A DNA stretch of 52,812 nucleotides, the filler included, from Basidioascus undulatus (lineage: Eukaryota), in assembly GCA_000826855.1 (NCBI GenBank). It is 4 parts of 4 records of this genome, joined end to end, with 100 filler letters (N's around TTAATTAATTAA, not from the genome) between each part and the next. Parts side by side here need not be neighbours in the genome. Positions count along the whole stretch, not along the records: positions 1 to 13,136 come from JTLS01000838.1; positions 13,237 to 26,363 come from JTLS01000839.1; 2 more parts are not named here. One strand, given 5' to 3'. The notes beneath the pieces are model-generated. The model saw nothing but the letters and a program-made list of their open reading frames with translations, had not been told where the DNA came from and ran no database searches. The position numbers were made by a program, and so were the translations under genes. Each line of letters opens with the position of its first letter. The stretch's first letter is position 1. Below, one piece after another: positions 11,510 through 23,776 of the stretch.

Positions 11510-12658
11510 GCGCGGCGTGTAAGGTATGGAGGGAGGAGGACATGGCGGTGCAGAGACAATACACCGCCTTTTTTCGCGCGGCTCGATCGAGCTTATTGTT
11601 TGGTGGGCTTCGTCGTGCGGAGCCGTGACGGATGAGGGCGGGCCGGTGGGGCGGGCAGGTTGTCTGCTTTCTACCAATGCACGCTCTATCATTGTCAGAT
11701 TTTCTTTCTTTCATCAGTTATTTTATAAAGGTTTAAACAAGAGAAACTAGAGGATATACGGGCTTTGTGCTTGGGAAGTCGCCCTTCTTGGACCGCAGTG
11801 AAACTGTCACACTTCCAGTTGCCAGGAAACTCCGCTTCACCTTCGCTTTCCTGGGCTCATTATAATTTTTCCCAGAAGAATCTGTGTTGAAACGCAAATT
11901 TGCAAAAAAAGCCTGATCCTTGCGTCAGGGCCGGGCACACTACACTTGGACGCTCGAGGTATGCACCTGATACAAACGCAGCCTTTCTTGATGCAGCGAA
12001 GTCGCCCCCTCCTATTCTCCAATATATATACTTGAACAAATCCGGAAGTTATGGGAATCCATAAGAGACAATGAACCCGTGCGCGGCGGTGGCAAGGGTT
12101 GCCGCTGGCAATACTCTGGCAGCGGTGGATCTGCGTCTGCCGCGGCAAGTGACTTAACGGCTCTAAGGTCCATCAGACAGGTAGAACAAGCTAAGTAATC
12201 TCCCACAACTAAACACGCGCCAGAATAACCGGACAAGGGTGGTATCGATGGCAGCCGTCGGTCAGAGTACAGCGGGGCTGCGTTGCCCGGGTGGCTGGAG
12301 GCTGCCATCCAGATGGCAATGCATTCATCTCACAGCACCAATAATTGCGGGAGTATATCCGACGGGCCTTCCAAGCGGAGAAGGCTGAAAAAAATGCGCC
12401 AGGAGCTTCGCAGCGGCATTGCCTCCCGCTGTTCCGCTCGCCTGCAGCCTGCCTCTTCCGCTCCCCCTGCGCGGTTTGGGATTGCCACTCGCGTGCCTAC
12501 CACCGGTGCCATGTTTGCCTTTCAGCAAGTATATAAACCCAGGGCTCTTCCACCGAACAAACTCATCATCCAGTCGCCTCATCCTCTCCACTTCTCTTCT
12601 TCACTCTCACTCACAACACTCTTTTAACCCCTCCCCAACCCAGTAACCTCCAACGACA

Positions 12659-13136
12659 ATGCGAACCACCGCCCTCTCCGCCCTCCCCATCCTCTTCCTC
12701 GGCGCTACTGCCGTCCTCTCTTCTTCTACCCCCGCCCAAAACGCCGGGCAGAAGCAGCATGTCTCCCGCAACCTTCTGAGCATCCTCCTCGGCGGCTTGA
12801 GCGGCGAGGGCGCCCCGCGGAACAAGTGGGACGACAAGGAGAAGAAGTTCAAGGACGAGCAGAAGGAGTGGGAGGATGTTAACAAGAAGGACGCCAAGGT
12901 AAAGCTCCCCCAGCCAGCCAGCCAGTATTTCCTTAGTTCTGACCTAGCGACTGACTGGAACGTCTTCCACGCAGCACAAGGACGAGCGGAAGGACAAGGA
13001 CGACCGGAAGGACAAGGACGACCGGAAGGACAAGGACGACCGGAAGCACAAGGACGACCGGAAGCACAAGGACGACCGGAAGCACAAGGATGACCTGAAG
13101 CACAAGGATGACCGGAAGGACAAGGATGACCGGAAG
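12659..13136 (+). CDS. Secreted, highly charged repeat protein (3' truncated by contig end)
   Basis: Signal-peptide-like MRTTALSALPILFLGATAVLS with TATATAAA near 12530. After intron 12899-12974, exon 2 encodes HKDERK(DKDDRK)3(HKDDRK)2HKDDLKHKDDRKDKDDRK running into the gap. Confidence 0.8.
12975..13136 (+). repeat. 18-bp coding tandem repeat, consensus SACAAGGAYGACCGGAAG, 9 copies visible
   Basis: Read directly from the sequence; the array runs into the contig end. Confidence 0.95.
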
Positions 13137-13236
13137 NNNNNNNNNNNNNNNNNNNNNNNNNNNNNNNNNNNNNNNNNNNNTTAATTAATTAANNNNNNNN
13201 NNNNNNNNNNNNNNNNNNNNNNNNNNNNNNNNNNNN
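13137..13236. other. Artificial contig spacer (N44-TTAATTAATTAA-N44)
   Basis: 100-bp block with a six-frame stop linker, identical at all three joins. Confidence 0.98.
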
Positions 13237-13748
13237 GCAACAACCCGTGGGGCGTCCCGCCGCCGCCGACACCGTCCAACACGAATGGCACCGCGCCCGT
13301 GCCGAGCGACGCGAACATCGCGCTCGACCTGGACAGCATCAGCACGGCGAACGACTGGATTTCGTTCATCCTCATGAGCCTGGGGTGGTTCGTCCTCCTC
13401 ACGTCCGTGCTCTCCTACTGGCGCGTCACGCGCTGGGCGAACTCCATCCGCCGCTCAACGCAGCAAGCCAACGCCAACGCTGGGAGCGGTGCCGCGGTGA
13501 ACGCGGGATACCCTGGTGCCTCCGGGGGCGGGGTGATCGAGGAGGATGGCGCAGAGGAAGGCTCGCGCTGGCAGCGCCTCGAGAGGACGATGCGGCGCGT
13601 GGGGCGGGGCGTGCGGGGCTGGAGCACCCGCGCGAGGGACGGGCTCGCGAATGCTGGGCTGGCGTTGCGCAGGGAACGAGGAGGGCAGGGCGAGGAGCGG
13701 GACCGAGAGGAAGGGCGCGGCTTGGTGCTGGGGATGGTCAGACGGTAG
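13237..13748 (+). CDS. BSD2: Bsd2/NDFIP-like (DUF2370) membrane adaptor, 3' part
   Basis: ANDWISFILMSLGWFVLLTSVLSYWRVTRW resembles the last transmembrane segment of fungal Bsd2. The frame is open from the contig start to TAG at 13746-13748. Confidence 0.7.
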
Positions 13749-14250
13749 TCGGTCAGTCAGTCCATATTCTGTCGCCTGCTTTCCCTGTTCTCTTCTCAGT
13801 CTGCCTACCTGCCAACCTGCCCACACCTCGTGCACCTGTACTTTTGCTGGCACTCCACGGCCATACCCGCAAATTTTCGCACGCATGCTTGCGCACTCGC
13901 AACACACACACTCCTTTTTGACCACCGGTTTTGAACTGTTCGAGAATACAGATTCGGTTGATGCACGGACGCTGGTTCCCTTTTGATCTGCTCTTCATGG
14001 TTTGGGCTTGCTTGCGATCTGCCTTCAGATAGCTTACGCTGGTGAGCTGTACTGCATGCCACAGCAGGTACGGAACATGCTGTTATGGAGTACATCGAAT
14101 ATCGAGGGCAAGAGTTGTGTAGGACTAAAGAAAGAGGGCTGTCCCCATGGCGTCTAGAACATCGCAGTCCATAGCCTTCATCCGGTAAACTTCTGGGGAC
14201 TTTCCATTGTGTCATTCCTCCTGCCAAATATTTGCATTGAGACAAGACTA

Positions 14251-15786
14251 TCACTCGAAAGGTGTGTCGCCAATCAACTCGTGCTTCCCCCGAATGTTGA
14301 TGAACGAGTACTGTTGCAGTGACCCTTGCTTCAGTACTGGTTCACTGAGGCGTTGAAGGGAAGTGTTCGATTTTCACCTCGCTCAGCTCCGGTGCGCTTC
14401 TCGCATAATTAACATAGACGAGGTTGGGCTCCGTCGCGTACGGGCGGAGGCCGGCGTCCTCCATCGCTTCCCACCTGTGGACGGGCATCGTGAGCAGGCT
14501 GGCCCTAACGTGGGAGAGGGTCTGAGCCGCACCAGCCCAGGAACTCGGGGAAGTTCTTATGCCAGGCGTGGATTTCGATGTGCAGCTGGCCGAAAGGCAA
14601 GGGCTGGTTGCGGAAGGACTGCAGGATGTCGGTCATCACGCCGAACTCGTGCCTGATGAGGGTGGGCTCTGTCAGAACCCGCGACGGAAGGATAGGGTAG
14701 TGCAGGAGGGAGTATAAGGGACATTTCGATGTCGATCTTGAGGATGTCGATGAAGAAATGGCCTGCACCCAGCCAACTGTCAGTCAGGAAACTCCGCAAA
14801 AGCCTGTCTCTTTCGAACAAACTCACCGTTCATTTGCATGAGCGTCTCGAGCCGGTACATGGGTGGCTTGTCCTCCGGCGCGTGGGCGTCCCTAACACAC
14901 CAGGAAAAAGTTCAGGCCTCAGTTCATACCGCCACAGCACAGCTCAACTCAGGTTGTACCTGCCGCTCAACCCATAAGGGAAGAAATGGCCTCGAGACGC
15001 GAGGTCTGGACGGTTTCGCAGTTGCGGGCCAAACTGCGTGGGGAAGGACAAGCTGAGTACAGGAACGGGAGTCGGTAGCCACGGGGCTGAGGCTCACCTT
15101 GTCTACGGAGAAATCATAGCCCCACACCTCGCAATGCTGAGTGCGCTCGAGGGCCTCAGCTTCGAAGCTCGAATCGGTGTTGATCCCGAACGAGTAAATG
15201 ACGCAGTCCTGCTTTCGTTGCAGACGCGATAGGCCGCAGGCGAACTTGCCACCGTCGCCTGAAAACCCAGGCTATGAGCATAGGAGCGGGGGATAGAGAG
15301 AAAATACCAGGGCTGACCCATTCCGCCGATGCGTTCCACCTGCAATGGAAAGTCTCCGTGAGGCAAACGGGCTGCGCGGTAGGACGCAGGCACGCACCTC
15401 CCAAGGGCACGCGAAGGATGCCGGGAAAAAGTCCCACAAGGTATACGGAGGATATGGAGGGTCTTTCGGGAACGGCTTGACTTGCTCCTTCCTAGGTCCG
15501 AACACGGTGATAAGGTCATGCCGGCTGTATGCGGGCGGGACTTCAGCAGCTGCGAACGCATTGTCCGGAAATACGATAGAGGCGAAACGCACCGCTCGAT
15601 TGTCCGCTGGAAGATGCTTTCGCTTGATATCAGTCGCTCTTTGAGCGTTGGTAGACGGTCGCCGACGTCGAAGTCGAAGCCCAACAGTGGCTCGGGTGCG
15701 GGTATGACGTGGCTGACGAGGAGAAGGGTGATACCCAGGATGCAAAAAAGGATAAGGAGCGCAAAGGCCGGATGTTGTCGTATCAT
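14251..15786 (-). CDS. Methyltransf_22 (METTL24-like) SAM-dependent methyltransferase with N-terminal membrane anchor
   Basis: Spliced motifs YTLWDFFPASFACPWEVERIGGMGDGGKFACGL, CVIYSFGINTDSSFEAE, VWGYDFSV, HFFIDILKIDIE, LPFGQLHIEIH, GLRPYATEPN and EYSFINIRG. Hydrophobic N-terminus; the frame appears intact. Confidence 0.9.
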
Positions 15787-16975
15787 CTTTCTCGAGGTAC
15801 GTAGGGAAAGTATGAGGTAGAGGATAAAGGAGAGTGGACAGCGGGAGTGATCGTACTTAGCAAGATGAGGTGAGGAGGCAGGCCGACGCATGCATGGCAG
15901 CTCTCCTCGGCGGACCAAGCAAGGCGTCAAGCGCCGTAGTTGAAGCCAGGGCCTACTCTATTAATATTCCAATTGTATCAGCTGCGGATGAGCAGTGTAC
16001 TCGGAGCGTCAGCCGGGGCCGGTGGAGGTGCACGGTTCATGAAGGCGGGAGTTTGTCGTCCGTGCCGCCAAGTAGCTTTCAAGGTGCTTGGTCCATGACC
16101 GCAGTCGCTCGAGTCTCGTCCGGAAGGCTTCGTTTTTTTTGCTTTAAACGCCTCAGGTCTTTGTTGAAGTACTGCCTTCGAGCGAGTCGCAGGAATCCAA
16201 AAGAAATGCAGCGGAAGCGCGCATTGCATGGGTGTGCAACGTGCAGTGTCAGCGCTGCGCAGCGAGGGTCCAAGGCAACTGGAGTTACTCGAGTCGCTCT
16301 ATTGGTTCTATGAACTGCATACGGGGTACTCTTGGATTTAGGGCGTCCCTGTCTGCAATGCCCAAACCTGGCGCTCTCAAAAGACATGGAATGACCGGCA
16401 CCTGTATATACAGCGTCTACCAAGGCTCTGGCGAACACATATCTTGCCGGAGCCAGTGGTGGAGAATCTTCTACATAGAAGGTCCTACAGGGCAGGCGAG
16501 CGACTTGAAGTGTTAATATTCAACAGGGGGTGAACAATCTGGTGACCGGCTGCATCTTCAATTGTGCAACCTGCCCGCCGTGCCTGCTCGATGGTGAGTT
16601 GCTGAGCCAAGCTGAGGGGAGGCGGACAGCATCATAGGCCGACTATATTCTGATGAAATGCCGGCTGAAGATTACTCAAGGCGCTGCAACGGGTGGTTGT
16701 CACTTCCCTTCCCCGCTTCGCACACTGTGTACTGAGTCAGCCTGAGTCGGCAGTTGCATCGTGAGATGCAAGGTGGCCGCGACATTTCTTTGCATAAAAT
16801 TTTCAAAAGAAGAAGAAAAAATACCCCTGCGGTCCTCTCCGCGCCTCCTGTATCTCCTCGCACTAAACCCACCTTCTCGGCGCCTGCCAGTCCGTTCTCT
16901 CCTGACTGTTCGCACTAGGACATCTGCTCCTCGTGTGAGCTCAGTAACCACAGCACTGATTCCTCAGAAGGTAAC

Positions 16976-18950
16976 CTATACCCACTTTGGGCCCCGGCTC
17001 GTCCACGTCCTCAGATGCTGCGGGCCCGTGGATTTCAGGTTGAGCGGGTAGGGTGCAAGCGTCGCGAGGGCTGCGGAACAAAGTATAAGAACAAGAGATA
17101 CTCTAGACCGGTTCAATGCTTGCGGGTGAGCGTTCTCATCCTCGGAGGATGCTTCAGCTTGTCGTGCGAACTTCTGAGCAGCCCGTGCGGCGAAGGCGAC
17201 CTGAGAGAGGATCGTCAGCGTCTGTCCTTGCTGATGCACGGTAAATCTTAGGACCTCTTGTTGATGCCTAGGGTTTGAAGAACCCTCATGTGAGTGTTCA
17301 TGCAACCCATAATGCTCTCAGATGACCGCCTCACCGAGCTTCCCCATCTTCCCAAAGCGGACACTTCCCAGTCGCGAGCGGCGCGCTGTAGTTAGCCTGC
17401 AGGAGAGGCGTGCTAAACGTGAAGGCAATCTGTAGAAGGAGAGAAAAGGGGGATCTTGGTCGAAATGACTATGTCGGAAGAGCAGCACATTAGCGAGAGG
17501 CCAGCTCAACATGACGGATAGAAACGCACGCGTAGCCGTCGGTGATGGCCTTGCAGCAAACATAGCAGCTAACAGTTGAGCAGGTCGGGCACTGTCGCGG
17601 ATTTTACGGTCAGTCCGTTTGAATACTCCCGCATCATACAGTTGCACTCACGGTCATTCTGTCTGCAACGACGCGGTCAATATCAGCGACTGTCAAGCTG
17701 CTGTGCCGAACGTGTGTATGGATGCACTGCACTGTTGAAGCCCGATCCAAGCCATTGTCTTTTAGCTTTAAGACCAAAGGCACAGAAGATTTCGAAACAG
17801 ACCCCTTCTAATTTTGTGGACTGTTATACGGCAGGTCCAAGCGTTAGTTCCCAAGGTGTACATGTCGAAGAGCCCCATCAAGCGCTTTAACTGACCGGCT
17901 AAGCACACTTTGGGCACAAGCGTATGAGCGCCTTCGACGTGAATTCCCCGACAGCATGTATGCCCTGCTCTTTCTCTCGCGCGATCTCTGCCCAACGAAC
18001 GCCTGTGAGGAGACATCCACCGAGAGTTTGGCATGCGAACGGTCCGTATACCTTCGCATGTTTCTGAATGATTCAGCGCTTCAGCATCAAAACGAGAACT
18101 GTGTGTACAACGAGATGGTACTATGAAGATGATTCTGAAAAGTATTTGTCAGTGAACCATGCGACGGAGGCCCACATTCGGCATGAAAATAATACTCACA
18201 ACTCTTGCAACTCAAGCATGACACGCTGCGGCACTCCTCGTTCTCGCAACGAAAGATGGTCCTCCTGGGGGTTATCGACCATTGGACTGAAGGGGCAGAA
18301 GTGGCATGAATGCAGATTCTCGATGCCGACGATGGCGTTCTCGCGCTCCAGGAGGATTCGGTGAACGTGCCAATGGAAAGTGAGCCTGTGAAGCACACGG
18401 GGACGCAAACAGAATGTAACCTACATGATCCCAGGTCTGATTTCTTTAAGTTTCCTGTTAGTCTTCTGCGATCTGAAATGGCTGCGAAGGTACTGACTAT
18501 GTCGGGAAGGAAACGCTTGACCTCGCTCATGGGGAACACGGATACGGAACTTTCGTATGAGAGGCACTTGAGGACCTGCGCGGCGACATGATTTATCCGA
18601 CGATAAGATCTTGAGAATGGCAGAGGGGGCAGACATACCGTCATGCGCAGGCCGATCTGCTCCTCCGCCGCCCTCCTGGCAAACGACTTGCAAAACAAGT
18701 GCCCCTCATCGGAGTGAACGGTCTCGTTCTGCCCAAAACAGGGCAAAAGTTCAGCACAAATTCCACATAAACTAAAATGCGGAACGGACAAACGGCACAT
18801 CCTCGAAGCAGCAGCCGCATTTGATCTCTCGGTTCGGCGCTTGATCCACGACCCGTCCCATGTTCCCATCTCCAAGTCCCTCGCAGCCGCAACTTCTTGT
18901 TGATGATGTGGTTCTGATTGTTTTGCCTTTTAAAGCGCCAGTGCACGGTC
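16976..18950 (-). pseudogene. RBR (RING-IBR-RING2, RNF216/TRIAD-like) E3 ligase pseudogene; 5' end uncertain, may extend to about 19550
   Basis: RING1: KCGCCFED..VHSDEGHLFCKSF..KCLSYESS. IBR: CHFCPF../FRCENEECRSVSCLSCK. RING2: ALIRLCPKCA*P-STKLEG-CNRMT-CPTCSTVSCYVCCKAITDGYAHFD, then GKCPLWED. In-frame TAG at 17899-17901, a frameshift in the IBR near 18260, and three RING1 Zn ligands substituted. Confidence 0.85.
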
Positions 18951-19813
18951 CGGGACTAGCGGCCGGCATGTCGGCGAGCTGAATGGTGCACAAGCGCAAG
19001 GTGTGGTGAGTTGAAGTCGTGAGTGAGCGGTATGAGGGTAGTGGCGTGTGGATGGAATCTATTTTGGAAAGGTTAACAGAGAATGCGGAAATGGCATATG
19101 GCGAGAAGCAAGAGGTCGATGGGTTACGAGCGGTACCTTTCCTGCTCCGAGACATCGACACAGCATCAACGAGCAAGCGCGAAAACGCCGGCTTTGGGTT
19201 TGTTTGGCCTGAGGAGGCTTTGAAGGGTTTGCTTGAACGTTTCAATAATCCATAGCACCGAGTAGCTATCCTCTGAGCGGTAGCTTTCTCGAGCGTCGCG
19301 ACCATTGGCATGGCAAGTTGGACACCCTTTGGGCTTTGCACCTTTGCTTCCCTGGTGGGACAGCACTGGCGGCGCTGTATCCGTATGTATACACATCGAA
19401 AGAGAAGTCCCATATTTTCCCAGAGGGGCTCAAAATCTTGCACTGATTTGGGTAAGCGCACATGATTTCCTTTGGTGCTTGCGGGGCGCACCTTGAGGAA
19501 GGTACTCGCAACGCTGAGCACAGTCGAAACTTTCGCCCACCCGTCATACTTACTGCAATTGGTTGTATTATTGTTGTACCGGGTCCTCGCCCTCGTACAA
19601 ACCCCGGAACGTTTTATGTGGATGACGCAATGCGCAATGCCGAAAAAGAACTTCGCAGTCCGCAATGGTGCATTTACGGGCTGTCTTCTCACTCACAATA
19701 CAAACTTTTTCCTCAAAGTCGACGCGCATAAAAGTTACACTCATCATTAAGAAACAAAGGAGGATAAAGCGCATCAAACTCAACCACAGCGCTATCCATC
19801 GCGGAGAGCAACC

Positions 19814-20600
19814 TCACGCCGACACCTTGAAGACCAAGCGCTCCCAGCTGATCTTGCCGTCCCTAAGCAGCTCCAGACCCTTTTGCACCCTTTCAGCAAG
19901 AGAGTTCCCTTGCAGCAGTCTCCACCGGTTGGGCTTGATCGCTCCGGTTCCGAGAAGGTTGGGGATGGTCTGCCATTGCAGTGTCTGCTTGCAATGCTCG
20001 CTCTGTTTCGCCTTCCGAGAGATCAACTTAACATCTCGCACGGCAGAAGAGGAGGCGGGCGCACCGACTTGTAGAAGAAAGTCCTGAATTCCACCACCTC
20101 CACGCCCTCTCCGAACTCGACCGGGTTTTCCATCACCACATCCACCTTCTCGTCCTCGCCGCGCACCACGATGGGAAGCATGACTGCGACCCTGCTCCCC
20201 TTGCCGACAACGTCCTTGATATTCCCCAAAGTCCCCTCGGCGTCGCCAACGGGGTCCAGTACGTGCAGAAGAGGCTTCCCGCGGTCTTGCGGAGGATGTC
20301 TTGTGCGACGGTCGGAGACGTATAGGGTAAGAGGGTGGACGCGCCGAGCGAGAGGAGGTGCTCTGGTGAGTCCTGCTGAAGAGCAAAGGACGCACCTTGC
20401 CAAGGCTGTACTTGGAAACGATGACCTTCTCCTGGAAAGTGTTCTGCGACTCGTCGTCCTTGCTGCGGCTGAAACCGAAGACCTGTTCTCCCGAAGAACT
20501 TCTCAACAAGCAGTCCTTCTGGCCGTCCACCGCCCGATATTCGCCTGCTCCCCGACTGCAAAGCCTTCCACCCCACCTCCAAGAGCTTCCACCGTACCGA
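19814..20600 (-). pseudogene. Medium-chain dehydrogenase/enoyl-reductase-like pseudogene with internal deletion
   Basis: N-domain remnant GEQVFGF...FQEKVIVSKYSLGK is followed within about 35 nt by EHLLSLGASTLLPYTSP, so the NAD(P)-binding segment is missing. Frameshift near 20280 (KTAG / KPLLHVLD). C-terminus IKPNRWRLL...GLELLRDGKISWERLVFKV. Confidence 0.75.
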
Positions 20601-21532
20601 CGAAATTCTAATTCGTCAGCTGTCGCTGGGCCCGCAACGGAAGATGCAACGCCGTCTCGGGCTCGGTGTGCACTCAGCAAGTCGCGGCAATCAACACTGC
20701 CACAGCGGAAAGTGGAGGCTGCTGTGCCAGGCGACGCTGTCTTTGTCGAGTGAAGCACAACTCTGCCAGGGTATCATTCGAGGATTTTAACTGGACAATA
20801 TTCGGACAGAAATGTAGGTAAACGTCCGGCTTACATGTCCATGCACGTTGCAGCTGGGTACCGATTGCCCGCGGCCATAAACATTTATGGACACAACTTT
20901 CGGTCTCCGTGCCCGTGTGACCGGAACTAGGCTCCATACTGATATGATACCTCAGCTTTTCAGACCGTAGATGACCAGTCGCGTATCTTCGGCGGTGTGA
21001 CATTGCAGCAGGCGCTCGAGAACCGTTGTACGGCAAGTGCAGCGCACGGCACCGAGACCCCCGCTCTGAGTCTGCATCTCAGCAAGAACTCGAATTGCAA
21101 TGCCTGAGGCATACCCAAGGACAATATTTGTGGACGGTGCAGACACGTGACGTCGTAGAGACATTGAGTCTAGGGCTGATTCATCTCAAGCATTACCCGT
21201 TTAGCCATTGTCGCAAATCAGGGCGATAGACGGAAGTACGCGAGCCCACTGCAGCGCAACGCCGCTCGATGTTGGCGAAGTTGTATACCTCGTGCTCGGT
21301 AATCTTACAGCCAAGATGTCGGTTTTGAAAGAAAAACAATTAACAAATACCTTGGATTATCTTCAAACAAAGCGATGCATGGAAGCGGAAGTTGGGGCGC
21401 CCGTTCTTTGCCGCTTTTGTCACAAACCTCCAACTCGGAGGTGGCCACTTGTCTTCGCGCCTTTCCCTTGCGGTACATCTGCTCTTCGCTCCTGCCTCAT
21501 CACTGGTTGTTTCGTCGCCGCCACCGTTGTCG

Positions 21533-23206
21533 ATGTCCTCCCGCTCTATCACGCATACTTTGGGCGGCCTCCTTGCTGGGCCTCCCGCCGCGGGTCCGTC
21601 GTGTTCCCCCGCTTTCGCCCGGCAGCTGCGCCCGAGCCTGTCACAGGTGCGCTACTTCATCCTTTGGAGCCTTTGAGGGCACGGCGCAGCCACGGCACGC
21701 TTGTCACTAACATCTTCTGGGCGGTCAGCATGCTTGGCGCTCTTTGCCTTCAGGCGCGAGGGCGCACAGCAGCACGGTTGAGCCCTTGCTCGGGCATCCG
21801 AGGGTGGTCATAACGCTCCATGCCGCTATGAAAGCGTACAAAGACAAGCAGCTCTTTGAGCACGTACGTACTTCTTTGATTGGACGCGCGAATGATTTCA
21901 ATCTTGGCTCTTCTGACGTCTTACACGGTGGATGGCTGCGCATCTAGGTTTCGGAGCAGTTCGATCGGCGGTGCAAAGAACTCGGGGTCGTCACGACGAT
22001 CAAGGACAGGAGAAGGATCATCGACCATTGGAACAGGACTATCAGGATCGATATCGTGAGTTTTATTCCACGCGCTTGGCACGAGGGTTTATTGAGGCTG
22101 ATGAAGCGTGGCGGCGTGCGGAACAGGAAGACAACCTTCTCAGGGAGCGCATGACCGGTTCGGGCGAGCAGTTGCCACGGAACAAGAATGCGCGGGCAGT
22201 TGTGCGGCGGAGGATTTTGGGCGAGGTTCTGGGTCCTGATGTGCGTAGTCCGGGTATCCCTTCCGTGCAACCAGCGTGGCGCACCCCCGCTCTACTCACG
22301 ATGCGTTCGGCCCGCGATACAGTACTTCGGCAAGCCCTCCGAGGCCTCCATTCGGCGCGACAAGCAGTTCGAGGCCAACGCTGCGATCCTTCAGAAGCAC
22401 GGCCGGAGCGCGGACCGCGACGCGCGCCACATACGCAGCGAAGTTCGTCGCAGGCTGCTCGGTCTTCTCCACGACGCGCAGCGCGCCGCGCGCCAGAGCA
22501 GCGACGGTTGGAGCTGCCGGCACGTGTTCAAGAAGCTGCCAAAGGATTTTTTGCAGGTGCGCTGCTCACTGCCGAAGGCTCCTTCCGACTATCGTGCTAA
22601 TGGGGGTGGAATGTTGGTCGTCGTGCTGTCGCGTAGGACCCGCACCCATGGCTCAAGATGCAAGGGTTCCGACTCCACGGCTGGCCAGAAGACCTCAAGG
22701 TCGGGCTGATGTCGCGCTACAGGGCGTACGGGCTTGTGCACCTGCTCGCCGCGCTGCTCGAACGCAAAGTCTGGATCGAATGGTCCGGCGAGTTCAGGCC
22801 CCGCCTCGGCGAGAAGCTTCTCAACCCGATCATGTGGGACGCTGCGATGTCCGGCAAGAAGGTCACGGTCGGCCGCTTCAAGATGCTCCTCCGCAGAAAG
22901 GAGGCCGCCGCGGCAGGCGTCGCTCCGCTGGAGGAAGGCGTCGTGGACCAGGAGTGGGCGGAGGAGGAGGACGACGACGACGGGGGCGTCTCGATGTGGG
23001 TTGAAGAGGAGGAGCGCCAGTTCGGGTTGCGCGCCCCGGACGAAGCAGAGGGCAGGCAACCGCGCAGGCTCGAGCGACCGCCGTACCCGGCGAACGATGT
23101 TGAGGACGAGCGGCGGGATCGGTCCAGGCGCTCCGAGGTGGACCCGCCTGCTTGGTTCGACCCATCCAGACGTCCTGCGGGCAGGTTCACGACCCGGACG
23201 TTCTGA
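21533..23206 (+). CDS. Hypothetical protein with mitochondrial-presequence-like N-terminus
   Basis: Six exons splice in frame with GT-AG introns and branch sites: MSSRSITHTL...ARQLRPSLSQ|HAWRSLPSGARAHSS...|VSEQFDRRC...|EDNLL...|YFGKP...|DPHPWLKMQGFRLHGWPEDL..., followed by an acidic tail. Confidence 0.7.
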
Positions 23207-23776
23207 TTCCCTCTACTCTCCCCCATTATGTCGCAATTGCGTACATCTGTTTTCTCGCCTCCGCACGCTGGCTGGCTGTGTAAATGTCTGGTGTGCTCAT
23301 CACGCCAGGGAAGTGAAGCGTGACCGTCAGACCCGAACGTTTGCGGTTTTCTGCTTTGCGAATCACGAGGGGATGTTGGCATAGAGAATAATGCGAGTCT
23401 TTCAAAAAAAAAATCAAGCTGCACGGGAAAAAAAAAAGGGAAGAAACAACGCCGCATCAGTGTTCGAGTTGCGGTCCTGGCGAGTTGCGCGTTATACGTT
23501 CCAAATATTCTGAAGCATGTCATCCAGAAAGAGGTTCTTCTTTTAGAGGCGGTTTGCCAACGCTCTGCCCACCTTCCCATTTGTATCCGCACTCAGACAG
23601 CAGGCTACGCAGCGCCGCGAGCACATCCGGCACAGCCTCTCGACAACAACACATCTCTCCCATCACTCCCCATCCTCATCAAACGAACACAAGACTTCTC
23701 CCTTCCTGAACACCTCGTTTGCACTCTCTACCCGACGCAGACCTTCCTCTTTCGACAGCCATCACTGGACAGCAAC

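Noticed and set aside
12975..13136. Tandem array as a CRISPR-like or non-coding satellite
   Set aside because: No spacers; the unit is a multiple of 3 and lies in a spliced coding exon.
13181..13192. TTAATTAATTAA palindrome (also at 26408 and 39634) as a biological repeat or regulatory site
   Set aside because: Always centred in 44+44 N; it is a synthetic six-frame stop linker.
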